Shown here: in pieces, positions 7,727 to 15,047 of the stretch
Numbering within the stretch: position 1 is the stretch's first letter
How the letters are laid out: each line of letters opens with the position of its first letter
NCBI GenBank assembly: GCA_964014485.1
Contig: CAXHAT010000187.1
Coordinates: 1-15,212, forward strand
Source: an uncultured Deferribacteres bacterium
GTDB taxonomy: Bacteria > Zhuqueibacterota > Zhuqueibacteria > Zhuqueibacterales > Geothermadaptataceae
Length of the DNA stretch: 15,212 nucleotides
Reading direction: 5' to 3'
Notes under the pieces: generated by a model
Database searches by the model: none
What the model was told of the DNA's origin: nothing
The model's input: only the letters and a program-made list of their open reading frames with translations
Made by a program: the position numbers and the translations under genes

Positions 7727-7764
7727 AATAGATTCTTCCTGAATGACAGGGAAGCGTTTTTGAA
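7727..7764 (+). repeat. Dispersed repeat copy 2: AATAGATTCTTCCTGAATGACA plus AGCGTTTTTGAA box
   Basis: See copy 1 (4959-5005). A degenerate inverted partner may lie at about 7655-7676 (TTGCATTCTGATTGGATTTGTT, 13/22 to the reverse complement). Confidence 0.85.
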
Positions 7765-7766
7765 CA

Positions 7767-7835
7767 CTCTGCGTTTTTTGCGTCTTTGCGTTTGATCGAG
7801 TTTTACTCAACGCAGAGACGCAAAGGCCGCCGAGA
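7767..7835. repeat. Hairpin of short TGCG/CGCA units (CTCTGCG..TTTGCGTCTTTGCG / ACGCAGAGACGCAAAG), of the type seen flanking GxxExxY genes
   Basis: TTTGCGTCTTTGCGTTTGA (7777-7795) pairs with TCAACGCAGAGACGCAAA (7807-7824) with one G-T pair and one bulge. The 13-mer AACGCAGAGACGC (7809-7821) recurs exactly at 15188-15200. The GxxExxY association is from recollection. Confidence 0.75.
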
Positions 7836-7855
7836 AAACTTACTGGTGGATTAGA

Positions 7856-8794
7856 GTGAGCCTTGCTTACAGCGTTATTATTCCGAATTTGCATTCGCCG
7901 CGCATTGGCGAAGTTGTCGAAGCTTTGCGCAGGCAGGAAGGCGTTGACGCGCCGTTTGAAATCATTATCATCGGCCAGGACAAATTCGGGCGTGTTGAAA
8001 CGCAAAAAGCGCAGGACGAGCGCGTTGTTTTTCTCGAGTCAGAAAAAAAGCTCAACCCGGCGGAAGCGCGCAATCGCGGCATTGAAGCGGCTCGCGGAGA
8101 AATCATTCTCTTTATCGACGCAGACTGCATTGCTCGCCCGGATTGGATGGCCAATTTGCTCAAAGCGCACGCTCAAGGCAACCGCGCCGTCGGCGGAGCG
8201 ATGGAGTTCGATGGTCGCGACGGCTTCTGGACGCTTTGCGATAACATCGCACATTTTAACAATCATCACTACAGCAATGAAGCGCGCGTTTTTACCACCG
8301 TACCGCTGCTCACCGCCAGCATGTGCGTCTCAAAAAAAGCCTGTCTTGAAATCGGCATGTTCAACGAGCGCTTCGCCCGCGGACAAGACTTTGATTTTTG
8401 CATGAAACTGCGCCGCCTCGGTTTGGATTTGTATTTCGAACCCGCCGCCGTTGTGCGCCATCGCCCCACACGCGACAGCCTTGCGACTTTGATTAAACAC
8501 ACCAGTTCCTGGGCGCCGTTTTCAGTGCGCATCCGCCAGGAATACGCCGATCTCCTTCAAACGCCTTGGTTTCTGAAAAAAGCGTGGTCGGCGTTTGCGC
8601 TTTCCCCGCTCATCGCCGCCGCCGTGACCTGGCGCTGCTTTGCAAAACACCCGCCGCTGCTCAAATATCTCCACACCGCCCCGATTGTTTTTTTTGATAA
8701 AATGGCCTGGTGTTATTTTGTGTCGAAGGAATTAAAAAACGGCAGGTTAAAGCAGATTTTTGAGAGAGAGTTTACCCCGGTCACGCATCTTTAA
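7856..8794 (+). CDS. Glycosyltransferase family 2 (GT-A fold) with hydrophobic C-terminal segment
   Basis: GTG start after GGTGGA. Motifs YSVIIPN, NPAEARNRGIEAARGEIILFIDADC (DXD), IGMFNERF...QDFDFCMKL and FEPAAVVRH. Confidence 0.93.
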   Translation: MSLAYSVIIPNLHSPRIGEVVEALRRQEGVDAPFEIIIIGQDKFGRVETQKAQDERVVFLESEKKLNPAEARNRGIEAARGEIILFIDADCIARPDWMANLLKAHAQGNRAVGGAMEFDGRDGFWTLCDNIAHFNNHHYSNEARVFTTVPLLTASMCVSKKACLEIGMFNERFARGQDFDFCMKLRRLGLDLYFEPAAVVRHRPTRDSLATLIKHTSSWAPFSVRIRQEYADLLQTPWFLKKAWSAFALSPLIAAAVTWRCFAKHPPLLKYLHTAPIVFFDKMAWCYFVSKELKNGRLKQIFEREFTPVTHL

Positions 8795-8799
8795 ACTGA

Positions 8800-9381
8800 T
8801 CAGTCCGCGAAAATTTCGCCCCAAGCTAGACGCAAGTTCGGCAAAATGCCCGACTTGGCCGACCCATTTTGTTCCAGCTTTTGCGCGAGCTCAAACTTGC
8901 CGTCCTTTGATGCAAACAACTCCAGAGTCTGCCGCTTGGGATCAACAATCCAGTATTCCAAAACGCCGTAATGCTCATAAATTTCTTTTTTGCCGATCAG
9001 GTCGTAATAAGCGGTGCTTGGGGATAAAACCTCAATCACGAGATCAGGCGCGCCTTGGATGTTTTTTTCAGTGATGATTTTCGAGTTTTCATGGCTCACA
9101 AAAAGCAGGTCTGGCTCAAGGACGTTGATCTCACTCAAAACGACGTCGACCGGCGAGAAATAAACCCTGCCAAGATCATTTTCTTTGGCGTGCTTGCGCA
9201 ATACTTCATACAAATTCCCAATGATTGCCTGATGAATGAGAAAAGGCGCGGCGCTCATTACAAGCTCCCCCTGAATAATTTCATAGCGTTTGCCGTCTTC
9301 CGGCGTTTTAAGCAGGTCTTCGTAGGTATAAACTTTGGGCCGCGTTTTGTAAGCGACGGAGGCGTCTTTGACTTTGTTCAT
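8800..9381 (-). CDS. Uma2 family (DUF820) restriction-endonuclease-like protein, copy A (193 aa)
   Basis: TYEDLLKTPEDGKRYEIIQGELVM..P...HQ, EPDLLFV, GAPDLVIEVLSPST...D...KKEIYEHYGVLEYWIVDP, the canonical Uma2 motif series. Confidence 0.95.
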   Translation of the reverse strand: MNKVKDASVAYKTRPKVYTYEDLLKTPEDGKRYEIIQGELVMSAAPFLIHQAIIGNLYEVLRKHAKENDLGRVYFSPVDVVLSEINVLEPDLLFVSHENSKIITEKNIQGAPDLVIEVLSPSTAYYDLIGKKEIYEHYGVLEYWIVDPKRQTLELFASKDGKFELAQKLEQNGSAKSGILPNLRLAWGEIFAD

Positions 9382-9402
9382 TTTATCTTTCTCAACTTGA
9401 CG

Positions 9403-9984
9403 TTAACACGCAAAAATTTCACCCCAAGTCAGACTCAGATTTTGCAAAACGCCGGAATTGACCGAGCCTTCCCGCTCCAGTTTCTGCGTAAGCTCGAACT
9501 TGCGGTTCTTTGATTGCAAAACTTCCAGCGCCTTTCGTTTGGGGTCAACAATCCAGTACTCCAAAATGCCGTAATGTTCATAAATTTCCTTCTTGCCGAT
9601 CAAGTCGTAATAAGCCGTGCTCGGTGATAAAACCTCGATCACGAGATCAGGCGCGCCTTGAATGTTTTCCTCCGTCAAAATGCTTAAGTTTTGCTTACTG
9701 ATAAAAAGTATATCAGGCTCAACCACATTGATCTCGCTCAAGACAACATCAACCGGAGCAAAGTAAACTTGTCCAAGATCATTTTTCTTTACATGACCGT
9801 GTAGAGCAAACACTATGTTCTGGCTGATGATTTGATGAATCACATAAGGCGTGCCGCTCACAACTAGCTCCCCCTGTATGATTTCATAGCGTTTGCCGTC
9901 TTCCGGCGTTTTCAGCAGATCCTCATAAGTGTAAATTTTGGGCTGAGATTTGTAAGCAACGGCGAGGTCTTTGACTTTATTCAT
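9403..9984 (-). CDS. Uma2 family (DUF820) restriction-endonuclease-like protein, copy B (193 aa)
   Basis: Same motifs as copy A. I moved the start to ATG 9984 (MNKVKD, preceded by GAGGGG), which gives exactly the length of copy A. Hand count: 143/193 (74%) identical residues, no gaps. Confidence 0.95.
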   Translation of the reverse strand: MNKVKDLAVAYKSQPKIYTYEDLLKTPEDGKRYEIIQGELVVSGTPYVIHQIISQNIVFALHGHVKKNDLGQVYFAPVDVVLSEINVVEPDILFISKQNLSILTEENIQGAPDLVIEVLSPSTAYYDLIGKKEIYEHYGILEYWIVDPKRKALEVLQSKNRKFELTQKLEREGSVNSGVLQNLSLTWGEIFAC

Positions 9985-10022
9985 TTTACCCCTCGTGGAC
10001 ATGAAAAACGTTTATTGGTCGC

Positions 10023-10051
10023 AAAATAAACATTGAGCGGTCGAATGTCAA
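10023..10051 (-). promoter_or_regulatory. Sigma70-type promoter for the Uma2 pair: TTGACA-17bp-TATTTT
   Basis: Minus-strand perfect -35 TTGACA at 10051-10046, 17-bp spacer, -10 TATTTT at 10028-10023, about 40 nt upstream of ATG 9984. Confidence 0.65.
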
Positions 10052-10149
10052 ATAATCAATGATCGTGCGAAGTTCCATGACTTTTACGGCTAAAAGCGAT
10101 TTATTCCGCTCGTTTCCCAATGATTCAAAATGTGAGCAAAGGTGAGAGC

Positions 10150-11139
10150 ATGACTTATTCGCCAAACGATTCTCGTTATGACACAATGATTTATCGCCGC
10201 TGCGGCAAAAGCGGGCTAAAACTGCCGGCAATTTCGCTTGGGCTTTGGCATAATTGGGGCGGCGCGGATTCGTTCGAGAATGGCATGAATATGGTTCATC
10301 GCGCTTTTGATTTGGGCGTGACACATTTTGACCTTGCCAACAATTACGGCCCCCCGCCAGGCGCGGCTGAAGAAAACTTCGGACGCATTTTAGACAAAAG
10401 TTTGCGCGCATATCGCGACGAATTGATCATTTCCACCAAAGCGGGCTGGGGGATGTGGCCAGGGCCTTACGGCGACTTTGGCTCTCGCAAATACCTCATC
10501 GCCAGCCTTGACCAAAGCTTGCAAAGAATGGGGTTGGATTACGTCGATATTTTCTATCACCACCGCCCCGATCCGAAAACGCCGCTGGAAGAAACGATGG
10601 GTGCGCTCGACCACATTGTCCGTCAGGGTAAGGCCTTGTACGTTGGCATTTCGCAATACAATCCTGAGCAAACCCGAGCAGCGGCAAAAATTCTGCGCGA
10701 ACTTGGCACGCCTTGTCTGATTCACCAGCCCAGTTACAACATGTTCGACCGCTGGATCGAAAACGGGCTGACGGACGCCTTGGACGAAGAAGGAATCGGC
10801 TGTATCGTTTTTTCGCCATTGGCGCAAGGGCTGCTTTCAAACAAGTATCTGGGCGGCGTTCCCGAAGACTCACGCGCCGCCGGTGCTAGCGTTTTTCTGA
10901 CGCCAAAACATATCACGGAGAAGAAGCTAACGCGCATTCGCCGACTCAACGAACTTGCGAAAACGAGAGGACAATCTCTGGTGCAAATGGCGCTCGCCTG
11001 GACGCTGCGAAATTCAACGATCACTTCGGCGTTAATCGGTGCGAGCAAAGTGCGTCAGATTGAAGAAGCGGTTCAGGCTGTTGAGCGTTTGGAGTTCGAA
11101 GATGAAGAGTTGAGCGAAATTGACAAGATATTGAGGTAG
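10150..11139 (+). CDS. mgrA: L-glyceraldehyde 3-phosphate reductase (aldo/keto reductase, Gpr/YghZ/MgrA type)
   Basis: RYDTMIYRRCGKSGLKLPAISLGLWHNWG, AFDLGVTHFDLANNYGPPPGAAEENFG, RDELIISTKAG.GMWPGPYGDFGSRKYLIASLDQSLQRMGLDYVDIFYHHRPD and GKALYVGIS closely follow E. coli YghZ/Gpr. ATG 10150 (after AAGGTGAG) is preferred over 10120. Confidence 0.92.
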   Translation: MTYSPNDSRYDTMIYRRCGKSGLKLPAISLGLWHNWGGADSFENGMNMVHRAFDLGVTHFDLANNYGPPPGAAEENFGRILDKSLRAYRDELIISTKAGWGMWPGPYGDFGSRKYLIASLDQSLQRMGLDYVDIFYHHRPDPKTPLEETMGALDHIVRQGKALYVGISQYNPEQTRAAAKILRELGTPCLIHQPSYNMFDRWIENGLTDALDEEGIGCIVFSPLAQGLLSNKYLGGVPEDSRAAGASVFLTPKHITEKKLTRIRRLNELAKTRGQSLVQMALAWTLRNSTITSALIGASKVRQIEEAVQAVERLEFEDEELSEIDKILR

Positions 11140-11162
11140 GAGAGAAGCGTTGGCGAGGTCGA

Positions 11163-11888
11163 TTATTGTGTACTGCGAGGCTCTTTGTCAATGTTGACTT
11201 TGTAGCCGACGCCGCGAATCGTCTGGATGAGATCAGCATAACGCTCGCCCAATTTTTCGCGAATTTTGCGAATATGAACGTCAATTGTGCGACCGCCAAC
11301 CGAGTCTTGTTCATTCCAAAGATTTTTAAGCAAAGCATCGCGTTTGACGACTTTTCCCGCTCGCTGTGAAAGGAAGTTGAAAACTTCAAATTCTCTTTTT
11401 GTTAGATTGAGTTCTTTTTGAAACAGCTTAACCGAGTAATTTGGCGGGTCGATCTCAAACCAGTCCGTACTCACGGCCTTTTCTTCAACTCTGCGCGTGG
11501 CAACGGTTCTTCGCAAATGTCGCTTGAGTCGGGCTTGCAGCAACCTCTCATTCACCGGCTTTACCAAATATTCGTCCGCTCCTAATTCAAGGCTGATCAC
11601 CTCGTCCGCTTCGTTGTCCCGGCTGCTGAGAAAAGCCACGGGCATATCGCGCGTTTTGGAGTTTTTACGCAACTCCGTCAGGACTTCCCAACCGTCCTTT
11701 CCCGGCAAGACAACATCCATGATAAGCAAATCAAAATCTTCCTTACGGGCAAACTCGAGTGCGCTTGAACCGTTCGTTGCAGTAAGCACGGAGTGGCCTT
11801 CTGTTTGAAGACTATTTTTGATATTCGTGAGAAATGTTTCGTCAGAGTCGGCGATTAAGATTTTCTTGGCTGGAACGTGTGTAATCAT
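11163..11888 (-). CDS. OmpR/PhoB-family response regulator (receiver plus winged helix), PhoP/PhoB-like, with no cognate kinase in the window
   Basis: Receiver domain ILIADSDE, DLLIMDVVLPGKDG, GADEYLVKP. Winged-helix domain LTKREFEVFNFL...GKVVKRDALL...RTIDVHIRKIREKLG...IQTIRGVGYK. Confidence 0.93.
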   Translation of the reverse strand: MITHVPAKKILIADSDETFLTNIKNSLQTEGHSVLTATNGSSALEFARKEDFDLLIMDVVLPGKDGWEVLTELRKNSKTRDMPVAFLSSRDNEADEVISLELGADEYLVKPVNERLLQARLKRHLRRTVATRRVEEKAVSTDWFEIDPPNYSVKLFQKELNLTKREFEVFNFLSQRAGKVVKRDALLKNLWNEQDSVGGRTIDVHIRKIREKLGERYADLIQTIRGVGYKVNIDKEPRSTQ

Positions 11889-11938
11889 TTTTGGCCTTTA
11901 TGTCGATTCAGCCTTATGCTGAATTCTTCCGGCGTAAC

Positions 11939-11990
11939 AGTATGGATAAAAGGTTAATGACCAATAAATGCTTTGTTAAGATTTAGTTAA
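11939..11990 (-). promoter_or_regulatory. Pho-box-like direct repeats with 11-bp phasing plus candidate -10 (CATACT) for the response regulator
   Basis: Plus-strand GTTAA at 11953, 11975 and 11986, with degenerate ATAAA at 11964 (spacing 11/11/11). The minus strand reads TTAACT..TTAACA..TTTATT..TTAACC, followed 7 nt later by CATACT (11944-11939). Confidence 0.65.
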
Positions 11991-11998
11991 TGTAAATT

Positions 11999-14965
11999 AT
12001 GAAGAATTTTATAAGCATATTTCATGTGCTTTTTGGTGTTTTTGTGCTCATCAATGGGCAAATTCTTGCGCAAACCGGGACGATTTCCGGGCGCATCTTA
12101 ACCAAACAAACAAACGAACCCCTGCCCGGCGCTAACATTTCATTAATTGGAACGAACCTCGGCGCAACGTCAAACAAAGATGGATTTTACCTCATTTCGA
12201 ACGTTCGGCCCGGAACGTATCAGGTGCGCGCTTCTTTTCTCGGCTATACGCGCACAACGGTTGAGAACGTGAGAGTGCGCGTCAATCTGGCGACGAAGAT
12301 CGACTTTGTTTTGCAGGAAGAAGTTTTACAGGGCGAAGAAATCACGGTCGTCGCCGAGCGCAAAAACATCATCCCCGAAGTTTCGGCAAGCATGGCTAAC
12401 GTTGACGCCGAGAATCTCGAAAGCCTGCCCATCGCGACGCTGGAAGACGCGATTAAATTGCAAGCCGGAGTCGAGCCGGATTTGACCATTCGCGGCGGCA
12501 ACATCAACTCGGTTTCGTTCATGATCGACGGCGTGAATTTGCGCGAGGGACGAACGAATGCACCGATCATGGGATTGAGCTACACAGCGCTGGAACAAAT
12601 GCAGGTTCAGACGGGCGGTTTCAACGCCGAGTTCGGCAACGTGCGTTCGGGGCTGGTGCAATTCGTGACCAAAAATCCCCCGCGCGACCGCTACTCCGTC
12701 GACGCGATGTTTCGCTACCGCCCGTCGCAAAATTTGAGTTTTGAAGATTCGGAGACCACGTCTAACATCGATTTTGCCGGCTATGACGCGGACGTGACTT
12801 TCGGCGGGCCGGTTTTTCCGAAAAATGAAAAGCTGCGTTTTCTCGCCTCATTTCGCCAAAACCAAACGCCCTACACGGAAATTTATGATCGTGACCAACG
12901 ACGGGATCGAACGGCGCAATTGAAGCTCGTGTCAGAAATCAAGCCCGGTTTGAAACTAACGCTGACCGGTTTATCCGCGGCACAGCGCGGCGTGGCGGAT
13001 TCCATCGCTTCGATGCTGCAAGCAGGCGTGCCGTCCTATCCTTGGGGATTTGACAATGATTTTTTCAAACGCGAGGGCCTGTTCAAGCTCGATAACATTG
13101 GCTTATCCGACATCGACCACAATCTCATCGCCGCCAGCCTGACGCACACGCTCGATCCTAACACGTTTTTCGAATTCAAAGCCAACCGCATCGCTTCCGA
13201 TTATTTTTTACGTCCAGGGCCGCAAGAATTGATCGTCGAACGCGACACCTCCAGCGTCGTCGTTTGGACGACGCGTTTTGATTTGACCAAACAAATCAGC
13301 AGCCGGTCGCAATTTAAGGCGGGGTTGGAATACATCGTCAGCGATTACAACATTTCTTCCGAAATCAACGACGCTTGCGCCACGCGCGTTTCCACGCCGG
13401 GTTCCGCCCACGCGCTGTTGTGCGGCAGCCGCCACGATTTTGAATCGCCCTACCGCATTTTCGAAAACTGGAGGGCATCGCCGAAACAGGGTGCGGCTTA
13501 TGTGCAGGGAAAATTCAGCTTCAACGGCATGATTCTCAATCCCGGCCTGCGATTTGATTATTTCAATTCCGGGGCCGCGCGCTTCGTCTTCGATGATTTC
13601 AGCCCGCTGCTTGGTCAGGAAAATCCTGGTCTGCGCAATGATTCACTCGCGACGGAAAGTCCAAAAAGACAATTCGCGCTCAGTCCGCGTTTCGGCGCGT
13701 CTTTTCCTGTGACCGAGAATTCGAAGCTCTATTTTAATTATGGCTTGTTTCGGCAAATGCCGCAGGCGCAGCATCTTTTCAGATTGCAAGAACAGAGCTA
13801 TTTCGCCGAGCGCAGTTCTCTCGTCGGCATTGGCAATCCCAACATCCCAATGGCGCGCACCGCCGCGTACGAATTTGGCTTCGAGCAAAACCTGTCCGAA
13901 CAATTTTTGCTGACTGCCGCCGCGTACCTGCGCGACGTGGACAAGCAGACGAGCTTTCGCGCTTTTGTCAGCGAAAATGTCAATTACACCATCGAGCTGC
14001 CGTTCAACTACAACGACGTCAGCGGGCTGGAACTGGCTTTGAGCAAGACAAAGGGAAGCTGGCTGCGCGGCTTTGTGAATTTCACTTTTATGTCTTTCAA
14101 CGCCGGCAATTTCGGCCCGTCGGCGGTTATTCTCAACCCGATTGATGAAAACGAATACGAGCGAATCACGCAGGATCATTACGAATCCAAAGCCGCGTCA
14201 CAGCCGTTCGCGCATTTTAATCTGGAACTACTTTCGCCGTCAGATTTCGGCCCCAAAATCGGCGGCGGGGATCCGTTCGCGGATTGGCGGATCAATCTTT
14301 TGGGTCAATGGCGTGCGGGAAAAGTTTTTACCTGGGGCGGCCCGATTGTAGACGAAGACGATGCAACCGGCGGCGTGCAATATTCGCCGCATCCCTCGCT
14401 GCGCAACAATGTGCGCACGCGCGATTTTTACAGCCTCGACTTACGCCTGAGCCGGAAATTCCAAACGGGCTCCGGCGCAATCCAGTTTTTCGCCGATTTC
14501 AATAATTTGTTGAACCTGAAATTCATGTACTTCGAGCGCTCTTTTGCTATCGGCGACGATGATGATTTGTTCGCGGATTACAACGATTACATGTCCTCGC
14601 TGCGCCTGCCCGCCGACGCTTTCGAAAATCTCGAAGAATTCGAAATTCCCTACATTCTCCTTCCCGGAAAAGACCGCCCCGGCGACGTTCGTAAGCCCGG
14701 CGTCGATTTCGTGCCGATTCACAAAGTTCTGTTCCAGCGTCAATTGCCAAACTCGCCCCGATCTACCGAAAACGCCGTCGAGTTGTACTATGTCCGCAGG
14801 CTGGAAAGACACATGCAGTACGTCGACGGCGCCTGGCAAACCGCAGATCCCGCGCTCGTCCGGCAAGTGCTCGCCGACAAAGCTTACATCGATATGCCGG
14901 ACAAAATCGCGCAAACTTTCCTCAATCCGCGCAGCCTGAGTTTCGGCCTGCGCGTTTCTTTTTGA
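11999..14965 (+). CDS. TonB-dependent receptor (988 aa) with N-terminal CarboxypepD_reg-like domain and plug
   Basis: Signal peptide ending ILA|Q; GTISGRI...EPLPGANI...GATSNKDGFYLISNVRPGTYQVRASFLGY; plug LQAGV...IRGG...FMIDG...TGGFNAEFGNVRSG; barrel motifs LNPGLRFDYF, LSPRFGASFPVT...LYFNYG, GNPNI; terminal PRSLSFGLRVSF ending in Phe. Confidence 0.95.
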   Translation: MKNFISIFHVLFGVFVLINGQILAQTGTISGRILTKQTNEPLPGANISLIGTNLGATSNKDGFYLISNVRPGTYQVRASFLGYTRTTVENVRVRVNLATKIDFVLQEEVLQGEEITVVAERKNIIPEVSASMANVDAENLESLPIATLEDAIKLQAGVEPDLTIRGGNINSVSFMIDGVNLREGRTNAPIMGLSYTALEQMQVQTGGFNAEFGNVRSGLVQFVTKNPPRDRYSVDAMFRYRPSQNLSFEDSETTSNIDFAGYDADVTFGGPVFPKNEKLRFLASFRQNQTPYTEIYDRDQRRDRTAQLKLVSEIKPGLKLTLTGLSAAQRGVADSIASMLQAGVPSYPWGFDNDFFKREGLFKLDNIGLSDIDHNLIAASLTHTLDPNTFFEFKANRIASDYFLRPGPQELIVERDTSSVVVWTTRFDLTKQISSRSQFKAGLEYIVSDYNISSEINDACATRVSTPGSAHALLCGSRHDFESPYRIFENWRASPKQGAAYVQGKFSFNGMILNPGLRFDYFNSGAARFVFDDFSPLLGQENPGLRNDSLATESPKRQFALSPRFGASFPVTENSKLYFNYGLFRQMPQAQHLFRLQEQSYFAERSSLVGIGNPNIPMARTAAYEFGFEQNLSEQFLLTAAAYLRDVDKQTSFRAFVSENVNYTIELPFNYNDVSGLELALSKTKGSWLRGFVNFTFMSFNAGNFGPSAVILNPIDENEYERITQDHYESKAASQPFAHFNLELLSPSDFGPKIGGGDPFADWRINLLGQWRAGKVFTWGGPIVDEDDATGGVQYSPHPSLRNNVRTRDFYSLDLRLSRKFQTGSGAIQFFADFNNLLNLKFMYFERSFAIGDDDDLFADYNDYMSSLRLPADAFENLEEFEIPYILLPGKDRPGDVRKPGVDFVPIHKVLFQRQLPNSPRSTENAVELYYVRRLERHMQYVDGAWQTADPALVRQVLADKAYIDMPDKIAQTFLNPRSLSFGLRVSF

Positions 14966-15047
14966 TTGAATCAATGATCTCGCTAAACTTGTGGATCGGA
15001 GGGATTTTTATTATGTTTGCTCAAGTTATGACTTTGGCCGGGAAGCG

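Noticed and set aside
7625..8005. 126-aa minus-strand ORF containing NAKTQKTQS and VIQEESIL
   Set aside because: The peptide is a translation of the two repeat elements and overlaps the GT2 and flippase antisense.
6037..8695. Homopolymer runs (A8 at 6037-6044 in GT4, T8 at 8688-8695 in GT2) as phase-variation tracts
   Set aside because: Short A/T runs are common throughout the window (e.g. T8 at 803-810), both frames are intact, and there are no long G/C tracts.
9382..9410. Integron attC site between the Uma2 genes (TGTTAAC...GTTGAGA on the minus strand)
   Set aside because: The spacer is only 21 bp, the RYYYAAC/GTTRRRY boxes are imperfect, there are no L boxes and no integrase. The other hairpins also lack proper R boxes.
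8800..9984. Uma2 pair as a diversity-generating retroelement template/variable repeat
   Set aside because: Differences involve all four bases and many synonymous third positions rather than adenines only, both copies are full genes, and no reverse transcriptase is present.
11140..11162. Bidirectional terminator between the convergent reductase and regulator genes
   Set aside because: The 23-bp gap has no convincing stem or U-tract.
12244..14974. Multiple antisense and off-frame ORFs within the second receptor
   Set aside because: Typical shadow ORFs of a long coding region with no domain motifs.
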